Of a DNA stretch of 64,000 bases, positions 19,558 to 28,323 are shown piece by piece. The translations under genes and the position numbers were made by a program. Numbering within the stretch: position 1 is the stretch's first letter; each line of letters opens with the position of its first letter. This DNA is from a virus. The stretch is taken from the IMG/VR virus record IMGVR_UViG_3300014565_000223. One strand, written 5' to 3'. A model generated the notes under the pieces. It was not told the DNA's origin. It saw only the letters and a program-made list of their open reading frames with translations, and searched no databases.

Positions 19558-20196
19558 ATGGCAACAATTAATATGAGCAAAAAACAGAAAATCAGTATGA
19601 CAAAGGAAGATGGATCTGCAGTAAAGAATTTTTTTATTGGTGTGAACTGGGAGCAAAATAGATATGCCGGAGAAGCCGATATTGATTTTGACATCAATGG
19701 AATGCTTACTAATGGAGATCGGAAGGTGACATATCCGGGAGATTTGGTAAATTATAATACATATGGAGATGGATCTGCTTATCCGTGGATTGATTATTCC
19801 GGAGATAATCTCACTGGAAATGATTCTCAGGGCATGATGTTTAATGGAAAACATTACGATGAATATTTTATTGTCCACGCAGATCAGTTTCCGGAGAATA
19901 AAACAGACTTTACCATTTGTCTTACTATTTTTAGAGCGGTACAGCGCCTTCAGAATTTTGGTATGGTAAGTAATGCAACTATAATGATCTGTGATTATGA
20001 TAATCCAGACGGAGATAAGTACGAATATAATCTGTCTGAGAATGAGAATTTTGAAAATCTGAACGCTGTAGAGATGGGAAGGCTTTATAAATACGGAGAT
20101 GGATTTAAATTCCAGGCACTTGGATCAGGATATACCGGAGGAATGACAGAATTGTTTAAGAATTTCGGTCTTGACATTGATGAGGGAAGGGATTAA
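19558..20196 (+). CDS. TerD-domain protein
   Basis: ISMTKEDGSAVKNFFIGVNWE...DIDFDINGML matches the TerD/CAPAB signature (GLgWD...DLD). Confidence 0.6.
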   Translation: MATINMSKKQKISMTKEDGSAVKNFFIGVNWEQNRYAGEADIDFDINGMLTNGDRKVTYPGDLVNYNTYGDGSAYPWIDYSGDNLTGNDSQGMMFNGKHYDEYFIVHADQFPENKTDFTICLTIFRAVQRLQNFGMVSNATIMICDYDNPDGDKYEYNLSENENFENLNAVEMGRLYKYGDGFKFQALGSGYTGGMTELFKNFGLDIDEGRD

Positions 20197-20198
20197 TC

Positions 20199-20942
20199 AT
20201 GAAAATTACATTTGGAGCAGTATTATTAATTGCTATTATTGTTGCAGCGTTTTTCTTTTTCAGAAGTAAAACAGGGAAACGAGTAAAAACAAGAGCAACG
20301 GGTACAGCAACGGAGGCTATCATTAAAGATGCCTCCACCCCGGAAGGGGCAAAAGCTTATTATAACGAAGCTATTGATGCTAAAAAGGATCAGTATAATA
20401 AGGCAAATCAGATCTATACACAGATGCTTGGCAAGATCACTTCTTATGAGGAGCAGCTTCGAGCATTACAAAAAGAAAATATGCAGCTTAATTTAAACAT
20501 TAACGCTTGTATCGATAAAGGCGATGATGAAGGGGCTAAAGTATATTTGAAGAAACAGCAGGATGCAGAAGATAAGATTGCTGTTTTAAAAGATACACTT
20601 AAAGAACTTAGATCTAATGCAACCGCTCAAAAGGAAATGCTTGACAGTGCGCTTCAGGCGGTAAATGATCTTAAGTCTGAAAAGGATAAGGCAATTCTTA
20701 CTCTTGAAACGGCGCAGGTTACAAAATCCTTACAGGTTACTCCTGGCGCTTCAGACAAGGAAGAAGACAAAATGCTTGAAGTTGTTCGTGAAGGTATCAA
20801 AAAGCAAAAAGAAGCTGCAGACGGTACAAAGGCTGCATTTGATGCATCTGCAGATGTACAGCAGAAGCGCCTTGATAAGAAGATGAAAGACGAGGCCATT
20901 GATAAGAAACTGCAGGAGTTAAAAGCAAGGAAAGGAAAATAA
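20199..20942 (+). CDS. PspA/IM30-family protein with N-terminal TM helix
   Basis: N-terminal hydrophobic helix, then a long amphipathic coiled coil with PspA-like KGDDEGAKVYLKKQQDAEDKI. Confidence 0.55.
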   Translation: MKITFGAVLLIAIIVAAFFFFRSKTGKRVKTRATGTATEAIIKDASTPEGAKAYYNEAIDAKKDQYNKANQIYTQMLGKITSYEEQLRALQKENMQLNLNINACIDKGDDEGAKVYLKKQQDAEDKIAVLKDTLKELRSNATAQKEMLDSALQAVNDLKSEKDKAILTLETAQVTKSLQVTPGASDKEEDKMLEVVREGIKKQKEAADGTKAAFDASADVQQKRLDKKMKDEAIDKKLQELKARKGK

Positions 20943-20943
20943 A

Positions 20944-21036
20944 ATGGTCGCATTAAATATGGGAACATTTGTTGTATGCCTCGCGCTTGCCTTTCTGGCA
21001 GGTATTCTGGTTACAAAAATTAAATTAAAGAAATAA
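20944..21036 (+). CDS. 30-aa hydrophobic peptide (MVALNMGTFVVCLALAFLAGILVTKIKLKK)
   Basis: ATG 2 nt after the PspA-like stop; single TM. Not in track (<60 aa). Confidence 0.3.
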   Translation: MVALNMGTFVVCLALAFLAGILVTKIKLKK

Positions 21037-21048
21037 AGGAGAAAAATT

Positions 21049-21570
21049 ATGGGATTTACATTATTTGGAGAAAAATATAAATATGAAGTAGACAGTATTA
21101 ATATTGGGATTTTTTGTCCAGATGGGACATTATTAATAGTTTTAAAACTTAAAGATGGTACATATAAATCAATTGATGTTAATCTTGGAGCAGAAAAATA
21201 TAAGTCATTATGCAAAGAGAATAACATTACAAACAATGTGCCGGTTCTTGTTACACAAGAACATGTTAATAAATTAGATAAAGAAATAAAACCTAAGTAC
21301 AAATGGGGAGACTGGAAAGAAGGTTACACTTTTTTTATGGATCCATTTTCTCGTAGAGAAAAACTATTAGTATATAATGTTAGAACTAATGGTAAGAGAG
21401 TGCAGGTAGAATTCGACGGTGTAAAAGCTATGGCTTCTTGTAATATTGAAGCAGGAGATCAATTTGATTATAAGTTTGGTAGGGAACTGGCAGAGCGAAG
21501 ATTGATTGCGAAATTGATTGAGAAACGTGCAAATTCATATTATATAAGCAAAATCAACAAAACAAATTAA
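21049..21570 (+). CDS. hypothetical protein (173 aa)
   Basis: AAGGAGAAAAATTATG RBS. Confidence 0.5.
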   Translation: MGFTLFGEKYKYEVDSINIGIFCPDGTLLIVLKLKDGTYKSIDVNLGAEKYKSLCKENNITNNVPVLVTQEHVNKLDKEIKPKYKWGDWKEGYTFFMDPFSRREKLLVYNVRTNGKRVQVEFDGVKAMASCNIEAGDQFDYKFGRELAERRLIAKLIEKRANSYYISKINKTN

Positions 21571-21584
21571 ATTAACTTTGCATA

Positions 21585-21613
21585 TTGACAAACGAAACTT
21601 GATATGCTATACT
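21585..21613 (+). promoter_or_regulatory. sigma70-like promoter TTGACA-17-TATACT
   Basis: Consensus hexamers. Part of the repeat AAATTAAATTAACTTTGCATATTGACA, upstream of the tRNA. Confidence 0.6.
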
Positions 21614-21710
21614 AAATACATAGTCAAGGATGACAACAGCACAGAGGAGTGAAAGCTCCCTGTGCTAAATAAAAAGAAGAAAGAAATTTAATTATACAAA
21701 CAATGAATGT

Positions 21711-21795
21711 AGCGGTATGATGAAATTGGCTAGACATAATAGACTTTGACTCTATTGAGCAGTAGCTCGTGTGGGTTCGAATCCCACTACCGCCG
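21711..21795 (+). tRNA. tRNA, type II (long variable arm), anticodon UUG by manual fold; atypical
   Basis: T-arm GTGGG-TTCGAAT-CCCAC. Acceptor AGCGGTA/TACCGCC with an A1.C72 mismatch. 3-bp D-stem ATG/CAT. Anticodon stem ATAGA/TCTAT with loop CTTTGAC. Variable stem-loop GAGC-AGTA-GCTC. Confidence 0.6.
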
Positions 21796-21874
21796 TTTGG
21801 CAAGTATTTTATACAAATATACTCCAGCCGAATTGCAGAGAAATATAATTTAATTATACAAAAAGGAGATAAAA

Positions 21875-22993
21875 ATGAGTAAAATTATTAGTACAGGTTC
21901 CACTTTTAGAATCTACGGAGATGATCTTGTAACACATAATCAACTTCCGGCACAAATTTATTCTATCAGATGTTCACAGATGACAGGATTTTATTTAGAG
22001 AAACATGCTGATATTGAGATCAATGAAGATAAAATATACGGTGTGCACATGGAAAAAGTAAATAAAGTATTAAATGCTTTTCCAAATTTCAATAAAAATC
22101 TTGGCGTGATCTTATCTGGAGCCAAAGGAATTGGCAAATCTTTATTTTCTAAGATTCTTGCTGTAGAAGCTGTAAAAAAAGGATTACCAGTAATTATTGT
22201 TGATACATATATCCCTGGAATTGCTAATTTTATTGAAGAAATTGAACAGGAAGTATTAGTAATGTTTGATGAGTTTGATAAAACATTTGGTAATATTAAA
22301 GCTGCTGATGGTATGGCTAATCCACAAACAGAGCTGCTTACATTATTTGATGGATTAGCTCAAGGGAAAAAGTTATATGTTATTACTTGTAATAATCTTA
22401 ATACTCTGAGTGATTATTTGGTAAATAGACCTGGAAGATTTCATTATCATTTTAGATTTGATTATCCGACAGATTCTGAAATTACAGAATATATGAGAGA
22501 CAAGTTACACGAAGAATACTATGGCGAAATTAGTAAGGTAATTGCATTCTCTAAAAGAGTCAGCTTGAATTATGATTGTTTAAGAGCTATTGCATTTGAA
22601 CTTAATACAGGCTTACAATTTCAAGAAGCAATTAAAGATATGAATATCCTTCATATAAATAATACTGTTTATATAACTACTTTGTATACTAAAGATGGTA
22701 AAAAAGATACAGAAGAAAAAACTCTTGACTTGTTTGATAAGACTTCTAATCATAGTTTATATTTTACAATAGATGGAAAATGGTTCTATACAAAATTTTC
22801 TGGTGTTGATGTAAGATATGATTTTGACAGACACATTGATTTTGTTGATGGAAAAGATGTTGAAATTATTCCGGATGAAGACTATGCGGATCTTACAAAA
22901 GAAGAAAAGAAAAAATACGAAAATATTAAAATTGATCGTATCGTTTTTGCAAGAAAAGAAGAAAAGGGACTTCATTATAATCTTTCTGTATAA
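21875..22993 (+). CDS. AAA+ family ATPase
   Basis: Walker A GAKGIGKS, Walker B IIVDTY...FDEFD. Confidence 0.6.
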   Translation: MSKIISTGSTFRIYGDDLVTHNQLPAQIYSIRCSQMTGFYLEKHADIEINEDKIYGVHMEKVNKVLNAFPNFNKNLGVILSGAKGIGKSLFSKILAVEAVKKGLPVIIVDTYIPGIANFIEEIEQEVLVMFDEFDKTFGNIKAADGMANPQTELLTLFDGLAQGKKLYVITCNNLNTLSDYLVNRPGRFHYHFRFDYPTDSEITEYMRDKLHEEYYGEISKVIAFSKRVSLNYDCLRAIAFELNTGLQFQEAIKDMNILHINNTVYITTLYTKDGKKDTEEKTLDLFDKTSNHSLYFTIDGKWFYTKFSGVDVRYDFDRHIDFVDGKDVEIIPDEDYADLTKEEKKKYENIKIDRIVFARKEEKGLHYNLSV

Positions 22994-23160
22994 AAATTTA
23001 ATTAAACATTCCGATGAATAAAAACTTTAGATATGTGGAAGTTCGGTTATAAGCATGTGGCTTTCATTTTACTTTTTACCTCTTATAACTCGTTTGAAGC
23101 AGGTCTTACGAGTATAAATAAACTGTATAAGGGTAAGCCGGTAGTAACCTTATACAATAA

Positions 23161-23240
23161 GCGGATATGACGGAACTGGCAGACGTAGAAGGCTCAAACC
23201 CTTCGGAGAAATCGTGTGGGTTCGAATCCCACTATCCGTA
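23161..23240 (+). tRNA. tRNA-Leu (anticodon CAA), type II
   Basis: Acceptor GCGGATA/TATCCGT (G1.U72). D-arm ACG-11 nt loop with GG-CGT. Anticodon stem GAAGG/CCTTC, loop CTCAAAC. T-arm GTGGG-TTCGAAT-CCCAC. Confidence 0.75.
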
Positions 23241-23592
23241 TTCGGACTATTCTTACGGATTTACTTGATGGCCTAAATAGTAATGAGGAGAAATAAGTCC
23301 GAGAGGTTAACCTGTATATTATATAGCGTCTATAGGACATTAAAGAAGATTGAAAAGTTGGTGGAATACTGGAACCCAGTGATGAGGAAGCTGCGAATGT
23401 GTTGGTTGTATGGTTTGGACGCATTGAAAGGAAACATTTATATAGATGTGCTTTGTGCTAATGAGGTTGTGAGTTGGCGTTGGAGGATGATCTGGTAGCA
23501 GATGTGTAATTAGTTATGAAGCAAAAAAGTAATTGAGTCAGCGAGGTAGAGGTGAGTGATGGGGCAACGGAATGGTGACGACTGTTCGTGTA

Positions 23593-23622
23593 GCTGATGC
23601 GATTGCATAAGCAAGTTTTTTT
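23593..23622 (+). terminator. terminator-like hairpin followed by T7
   Basis: GCTGATGC-gatt-GCATAAGC (one mismatch), then AAGTTTTTTT. Confidence 0.45.
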
Positions 23623-23675
23623 ACAGATATTGTTACATTTCTATATTGTGGGTGTAATTATAACGCCCACTACAT

Positions 23676-23749
23676 GGAAACTTAGCTCAGTTGGTTAGAG
23701 CAACCGGCTCATAACCGGTCGGTCCTGGGTTCGAGTCCCAGAGTTTCCA
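23676..23749 (+). tRNA. tRNA-Met or Ile2 (anticodon CAT), elongator-like
   Basis: Acceptor GGAAACT/AGTTTCC. D-arm GCTC-AGTTGGTTA-GAGC. Anticodon stem ACCGG/CCGGT, loop CTCATAA. T-arm CTGGG-TTCGAGT-CCCAG. G1-C72 paired. Confidence 0.85.
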
Positions 23750-23833
23750 TTAAAAGAAAAATGAAAGGAGAGATATAAAATTCTTATAAATAATCCCGTA
23801 AAAATAATAATTTAAAATAAAGGAGATTAAATT

Positions 23834-24613
23834 ATGGCTATCGTTGGTGCAATCTTAGGTGATATTGCAGGTTCACAATATGAATTTGGTAGACCAATTG
23901 ATTTAGATTGGAAGAATTGTAAGTTATTTACTGATAGATGTTATTTTACAGATGATACTGTAATGACACTTGCTGCTAAATTAGCAATTATTAATAATAA
24001 ATCTTTCTCAGATTCATATAGAGAATGGGGAAGAAAATATCCAAATGCAGGATATGGAAATAATTTTGAAACGTGGTTAAGATACGATGATGAAACTGCA
24101 TATGGAAGTTGCGGTAATGGATCTGCAATGAGATGTTCTTATATTGGAGAACATTTTAATACAGAAAAAGAAGTTATCGAATGGGCTACAAAGTCTGCTG
24201 AGTGTACACATAATCATCCAGAAGGAATTAAAGGGGCGGTTGCAACGGCAATGTGCATTTATATGGCAAGAACAGGTGTTACAAAAGCAGAAATCTATGA
24301 ATATGTGAAGAAATACTATCCAAAAGATGATTACAAATATAGTGTTGAATATAAAATTGAAGACTATAGAAAGACATATCAGTGGAATGAAATTTGTCAA
24401 GGAAGTGTACCTGTTGCAATAAGATGTTTTCTGGAAAGTGATGATTATGAAAGTTTCTTGCGAAATGTATTCTCATTAAAGTGTGATATGGATACGTTAT
24501 GTGCTATAGGTGGTGGAATTGCGGAAGAATTTTATCACGGAACTGGATTAGACAATGATTACTTACTTGGACATTACCTGAATAGACAATTGTACAGGAT
24601 TGTAGAAATGTGA
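23834..24613 (+). CDS. ADP-ribosylglycohydrolase (DraG/ARH family)
   Basis: N-terminal GAILGDIAGSQYEFG plus YFTDDTVMTLA, typical of ADP-ribosyl-[protein] hydrolases. Confidence 0.75.
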   Translation: MAIVGAILGDIAGSQYEFGRPIDLDWKNCKLFTDRCYFTDDTVMTLAAKLAIINNKSFSDSYREWGRKYPNAGYGNNFETWLRYDDETAYGSCGNGSAMRCSYIGEHFNTEKEVIEWATKSAECTHNHPEGIKGAVATAMCIYMARTGVTKAEIYEYVKKYYPKDDYKYSVEYKIEDYRKTYQWNEICQGSVPVAIRCFLESDDYESFLRNVFSLKCDMDTLCAIGGGIAEEFYHGTGLDNDYLLGHYLNRQLYRIVEM

Positions 24614-24621
24614 GGTTAGAT

Positions 24622-24807
24622 ATGAAATCTTATATAGGATCATTATTGATAGGAATACTATTATCATTAATTTTTACAATTGGTATGTCTTTTTCAAGAC
24701 TCGATATTCTTGATGATAGAAAGAGACTTGTTTTGGCTATCGGTGATTTTATTATTATGTGTATATTATTTTCGTTGTTTATTACGGGAATGTTTTTAAT
24801 AGGATAA
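24622..24807 (+). CDS. small membrane protein (2 TM)
   Basis: ATG 24622 with GAGGTTAG RBS (track start 24610 is GTG); hydrophobic. Confidence 0.4.
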   Translation: MKSYIGSLLIGILLSLIFTIGMSFSRLDILDDRKRLVLAIGDFIIMCILFSLFITGMFLIG

Positions 24808-24847
24808 TAAGTGATTTGATAGAATGTGAGATTCGAGAGGTGACAAA

Positions 24848-25162
24848 ATGAAAGTTAAGAAACTATTAATTGGATTGCTTGTATCAGGATTGGCACTTTC
24901 GTTTATTGGATGTGGTGACAAAGTTATAAATGATAAAGATGAAAAAGTTCAGTCATTCGGTCAATTTATTGGAATTAAGAAAACAAGAATCGAACTATAT
25001 GGTGTGCATATACTCAGTCAATATTTTGTATATGATAAAACCACTAAAATTGTATATGTAGTACAAAGTTCAGACCGCTATAGTGGCATTACACCATATT
25101 ACGTATTAGATGAAAATGGCAAACCAGAAATCGCAATCTATGGAGAAAATTATAATGGATAA
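24848..25162 (+). CDS. putative lipoprotein
   Basis: Signal peptide with lipobox LSFIGC; GAGAGGTGACAAAATG RBS. Confidence 0.5.
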   Translation: MKVKKLLIGLLVSGLALSFIGCGDKVINDKDEKVQSFGQFIGIKKTRIELYGVHILSQYFVYDKTTKIVYVVQSSDRYSGITPYYVLDENGKPEIAIYGENYNG

Positions 25163-25233
25163 GGAGAAAGAATAAGTACACATAATTCTGTTGTGACTGC
25201 AGTACGACAGGTCATGCATGTAAAAAAAAAAGA

Positions 25234-25303
25234 TGACATATAGTCTAACGGAAAGAACGTGGCTTTTTAAGCTGAAATATTGGTTCGAATCCAATTGTGT
25301 CAT
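25234..25303 (+). tRNA. tRNA-like element (possible tRNA-Lys UUU or degenerate tRNA)
   Basis: Clean T-arm ATTGG-TTCGAAT-CCAAT and acceptor TGACATA/TGTGTCA (one G.U), but only a weak anticodon stem (2 G-C plus 2 G.U) around loop TTTTTAA. Preceded by an A10 run. Confidence 0.35.
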
Positions 25304-25380
25304 ATTTGTAATGATGTCGCGCGGATCATTACAGAAGAAAATAGTAACTACTGAAATGTATATTTAAGGAGGCAGTAAAC

Positions 25381-25734
25381 ATGACAAAATATGATTTATG
25401 TACGGGTGATATCGTTCTTTCTACAAAGGGAAGCTACGGTATTGTGCTAATCGGAACTAATGGAGATGATCAAATCAAATGGTACAGTAATAATAAAGGA
25501 CAGGTTATTAACAGATTTAGATCTTTTTCTATGATTAACGAAGATCTTACATTTAAATATGATTTAGGTAATCGTATTATTAAGGTATGGAGAACGAAAG
25601 ACAAACATTATCTTGGTGATAAAGCAATTACAGAATATAATGCAGCAGAATGTCATGGATTTGAATGCATCTATGAAGAGTTAATTAAGGAAGTACTATG
25701 GCTGAAGTTGAAGAAAAGTTTGGCTGCAAAGTAA
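25381..25734 (+). CDS. hypothetical protein (117 aa)
   Basis: AAGGAGGCAGTAAACATG RBS. Confidence 0.5.
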   Translation: MTKYDLCTGDIVLSTKGSYGIVLIGTNGDDQIKWYSNNKGQVINRFRSFSMINEDLTFKYDLGNRIIKVWRTKDKHYLGDKAITEYNAAECHGFECIYEELIKEVLWLKLKKSLAAK

Positions 25735-25886
25735 AAATTGTAAAGTAATAAAATTTAATTATACAGGCACGTATAAATGAGGAATAGGAAATAATATTTG
25801 AAGCACTATCTTAAAAGATCAGTGCATAGATGTCAGTGTGACAATAAACTGCAAAGTTATTCCACTTCGGAAAGCGAGGTGAAATA

Positions 25887-26807
25887 ATGGAGCAGAAGAA
25901 ATTTATGGATATTCAACGTCTGAAAGAAGGATATGCAGATGGATTTGTACCGGGTGACTTAATTGTTATCCAGGAAAAATTTGATGGATCTAATGCAGCA
26001 GCTAGATATGATGCAGAGACTGGCAAAATGGTAGCTTTTTCCAGAAGACATACGTTGAATCAGAACAATACATTAAATGGTTTTTATAATTATGTGCAGG
26101 AGTTAAATCCTGAAGATTATAAAGACGTTCCGGACTATGTAATATTTGGAGAATGGTCTGGAGCAAGAAATGCGATTATTTATTATCCAGAAAATACTAA
26201 GAAATGGTACGTATTTGATATTTATGATGTAAGGGAAGAAAAATATCTTCCTCAGTCAGAAGTAAAGGCATTTGCAGAAACGCATGGACTTACATATATC
26301 AATACATTTTATGTTGGACCATTTATTAGTTGGGAACATGTGCAAAGCTTTATGGATCATCCGGGGTATGGAGAGATTCAGGAAGGAATTGTAATTAAAA
26401 ATCAAACAAGATTAAACGATCCGAATAGCAGATTACCATTTGTAGTGAAAATCGTTGGAGATAAATTTCATGAAGTTGCAAAAATGAATCATGTTAAAAA
26501 GATTCAGGATCCGCAAAAGTTGCAAGAACGAACAGAAGCACAGGAACTTGTAAAATCTGTCGTGACGCGGCGTAGAGTTGAAAAAGAGTTATATAAAATG
26601 CGTGATGAAGGAATCATCCCAACAGAGTGGTGTGAACAGGATATGAAAACTGTTGCAAGGAATCTTCCAAACAGAATTTATACAGATTGTGTAAAAGAAG
26701 AACCGGAAGTAGTTCGAGCAGCAGGACAATATTTTGGAAAATTCTGTTCCGTTATTTCGATGAATTACGCACGAGAGATTATTCTCGGTCCGACTGGAGC
26801 AAAGTAA
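25887..26807 (+). CDS. ATP-dependent RNA ligase (Rnl2-like) or small nucleic-acid ligase
   Basis: Covalent nucleotidyltransferase motifs: I KFDGSN (lysine motif), IV EGIVIK, V FVVKIVGDKF. Size and layout fit Rnl2. Confidence 0.55.
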   Translation: MEQKKFMDIQRLKEGYADGFVPGDLIVIQEKFDGSNAAARYDAETGKMVAFSRRHTLNQNNTLNGFYNYVQELNPEDYKDVPDYVIFGEWSGARNAIIYYPENTKKWYVFDIYDVREEKYLPQSEVKAFAETHGLTYINTFYVGPFISWEHVQSFMDHPGYGEIQEGIVIKNQTRLNDPNSRLPFVVKIVGDKFHEVAKMNHVKKIQDPQKLQERTEAQELVKSVVTRRRVEKELYKMRDEGIIPTEWCEQDMKTVARNLPNRIYTDCVKEEPEVVRAAGQYFGKFCSVISMNYAREIILGPTGAK

Positions 26808-26825
26808 GGCGAAAGGAGGACACGA

Positions 26826-27041
26826 ATGGTGGCAACAGCATTTAGTAGATTATGTACTTCTTGTAAAAAAAGATTTGCATACAAACAAACAGACGCCATC
26901 TTTGATGAGAATGGATATGGATATTCAACCAAGCTTGTGAAATGCAAACATTGTGGGCGATTAAATGTGATTCGATATTTTGAAGATGACTCGATGAAAT
27001 TAAACAATGATAGAAAATATTATGATTATGACATGGTATAG
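26826..27041 (+). CDS. small zinc-ribbon protein (CTSC...CKHCG)
   Basis: Two Cys pairs; GAAAGGAGGACACGAATG RBS. Confidence 0.45.
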   Translation: MVATAFSRLCTSCKKRFAYKQTDAIFDENGYGYSTKLVKCKHCGRLNVIRYFEDDSMKLNNDRKYYDYDMV

Positions 27042-27060
27042 AATAGGAGAATAATAAATA

Positions 27061-28278
27061 ATGGCAAAACAGAAAGAAAAAAAACCGTTAGATAAAAAAG
27101 GCTGGGTTCAGACATTTGAATTGATTGGAAAGGCATGTATTAAAGATTACACATTCAAAATTGATGAACATTCTAAGAAAAGTGACTGGATTTACAATTC
27201 TATTAACCTGAATGTTGACTGCGGCGATAAATACGGAAAAGTTGGCTGCGAATTAATGGGTGGTTATGGAGCTGGCAGAAACAATGTTATTTATGTTCAT
27301 GGCAAAGATGAGAATGGTGGAGATGATTTTGATAACAGATACCAGATTGATTTTGATGATCGATTTGACGAGGATATTCTAAAAGATATCGGAGATCTTT
27401 GCTTTATCAAAATTGGTATTGAGAAGGATACAAAAGGTGAAGTTGTTATCAATAAATTCTTACATGCATATGATGCAATTAAATATCTGTCTGAAGCATT
27501 GCAGGATGGTATGGAGATTAAGGTAAGAGGGCAGTTAAAATATACTGTATATGACAAACATATACAAGTAAGAAAAGAAATTAACAGTATTTATCTTCCA
27601 AGAGAGAAAGAATTGAATACTTATGAAGCAGCATTTACTCAGTCGATGCTTCTTGACAAGTATTCAATCGGAAAAGCAGATAAAGATAAATGTGCGTTCC
27701 CGATAACGGCATACATTCTGGAGAAATTCAAAGAATATAATGGTAATGACTTGACTGAAGGTGGCGCTGTAAAAGGCGGAAAGTTTGTACCTTTGAGAAA
27801 GACATTTGAATATGTTTATGATCCGGAAGATGAAAAATCTATTGAACGCGCAGGAAAACTTTTCAAAGTTAAGAAAAACGTGACATTGATTACTTGTCAA
27901 GGAGTATTTGTTGAAGGCGGTGCAGTGATCCAGACAACTGAAGACGATTTACCAGATGATATTAAAGAACTGGTAGAAATGGGAGCTTACAGTTTGGAAG
28001 AAGCATTAGCACTTTGTACAGAAAATGCTAGTAAAGAACGCAGGATGTTACTTACTAGACCAGTTATTAAGTTAGTTGGAGAAGACGGATCTAAGATTCC
28101 ACAGATTCAGAAATTCGATTCTATGTATTCAGAAGATGATCTTGTATTAGATTATCTGATTGAAGCAGATGATGACGAAGAAGTGGATGAAGTAGAAGAA
28201 GATTCAGAAACTGATACAACGGATCAGGATGAAGAAATTGATTATGATTCAATGTTAGATTCGCTGCTTGATGATTAA
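27061..28278 (+). CDS. hypothetical protein with strongly acidic C-terminal tail (SSB-like or recombination mediator?)
   Basis: C-terminus DDDEEVDEVEEDSETDTTDQDEEIDYDSMLDSLLDD recalls SSB/gp2.5 acidic tails. Upstream of a RecA-fold ATPase. Confidence 0.35.
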   Translation: MAKQKEKKPLDKKGWVQTFELIGKACIKDYTFKIDEHSKKSDWIYNSINLNVDCGDKYGKVGCELMGGYGAGRNNVIYVHGKDENGGDDFDNRYQIDFDDRFDEDILKDIGDLCFIKIGIEKDTKGEVVINKFLHAYDAIKYLSEALQDGMEIKVRGQLKYTVYDKHIQVRKEINSIYLPREKELNTYEAAFTQSMLLDKYSIGKADKDKCAFPITAYILEKFKEYNGNDLTEGGAVKGGKFVPLRKTFEYVYDPEDEKSIERAGKLFKVKKNVTLITCQGVFVEGGAVIQTTEDDLPDDIKELVEMGAYSLEEALALCTENASKERRMLLTRPVIKLVGEDGSKIPQIQKFDSMYSEDDLVLDYLIEADDDEEVDEVEEDSETDTTDQDEEIDYDSMLDSLLDD

Positions 28279-28323
28279 CTATAATAATTAAATTATACAA
28301 AGTACAGAAAGGAAACAAATACT

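Noticed and set aside
21639-21667. Hairpin AGCACAG...CTGTGCT after the 21049..21570 gene, as a terminator
   Set aside because: A 7-bp stem with a 15-nt loop is followed by AAATAAAAAG rather than a U-tract, and it lies downstream of the promoter that appears to drive the tRNA. It may be a processing element, but evidence is weak
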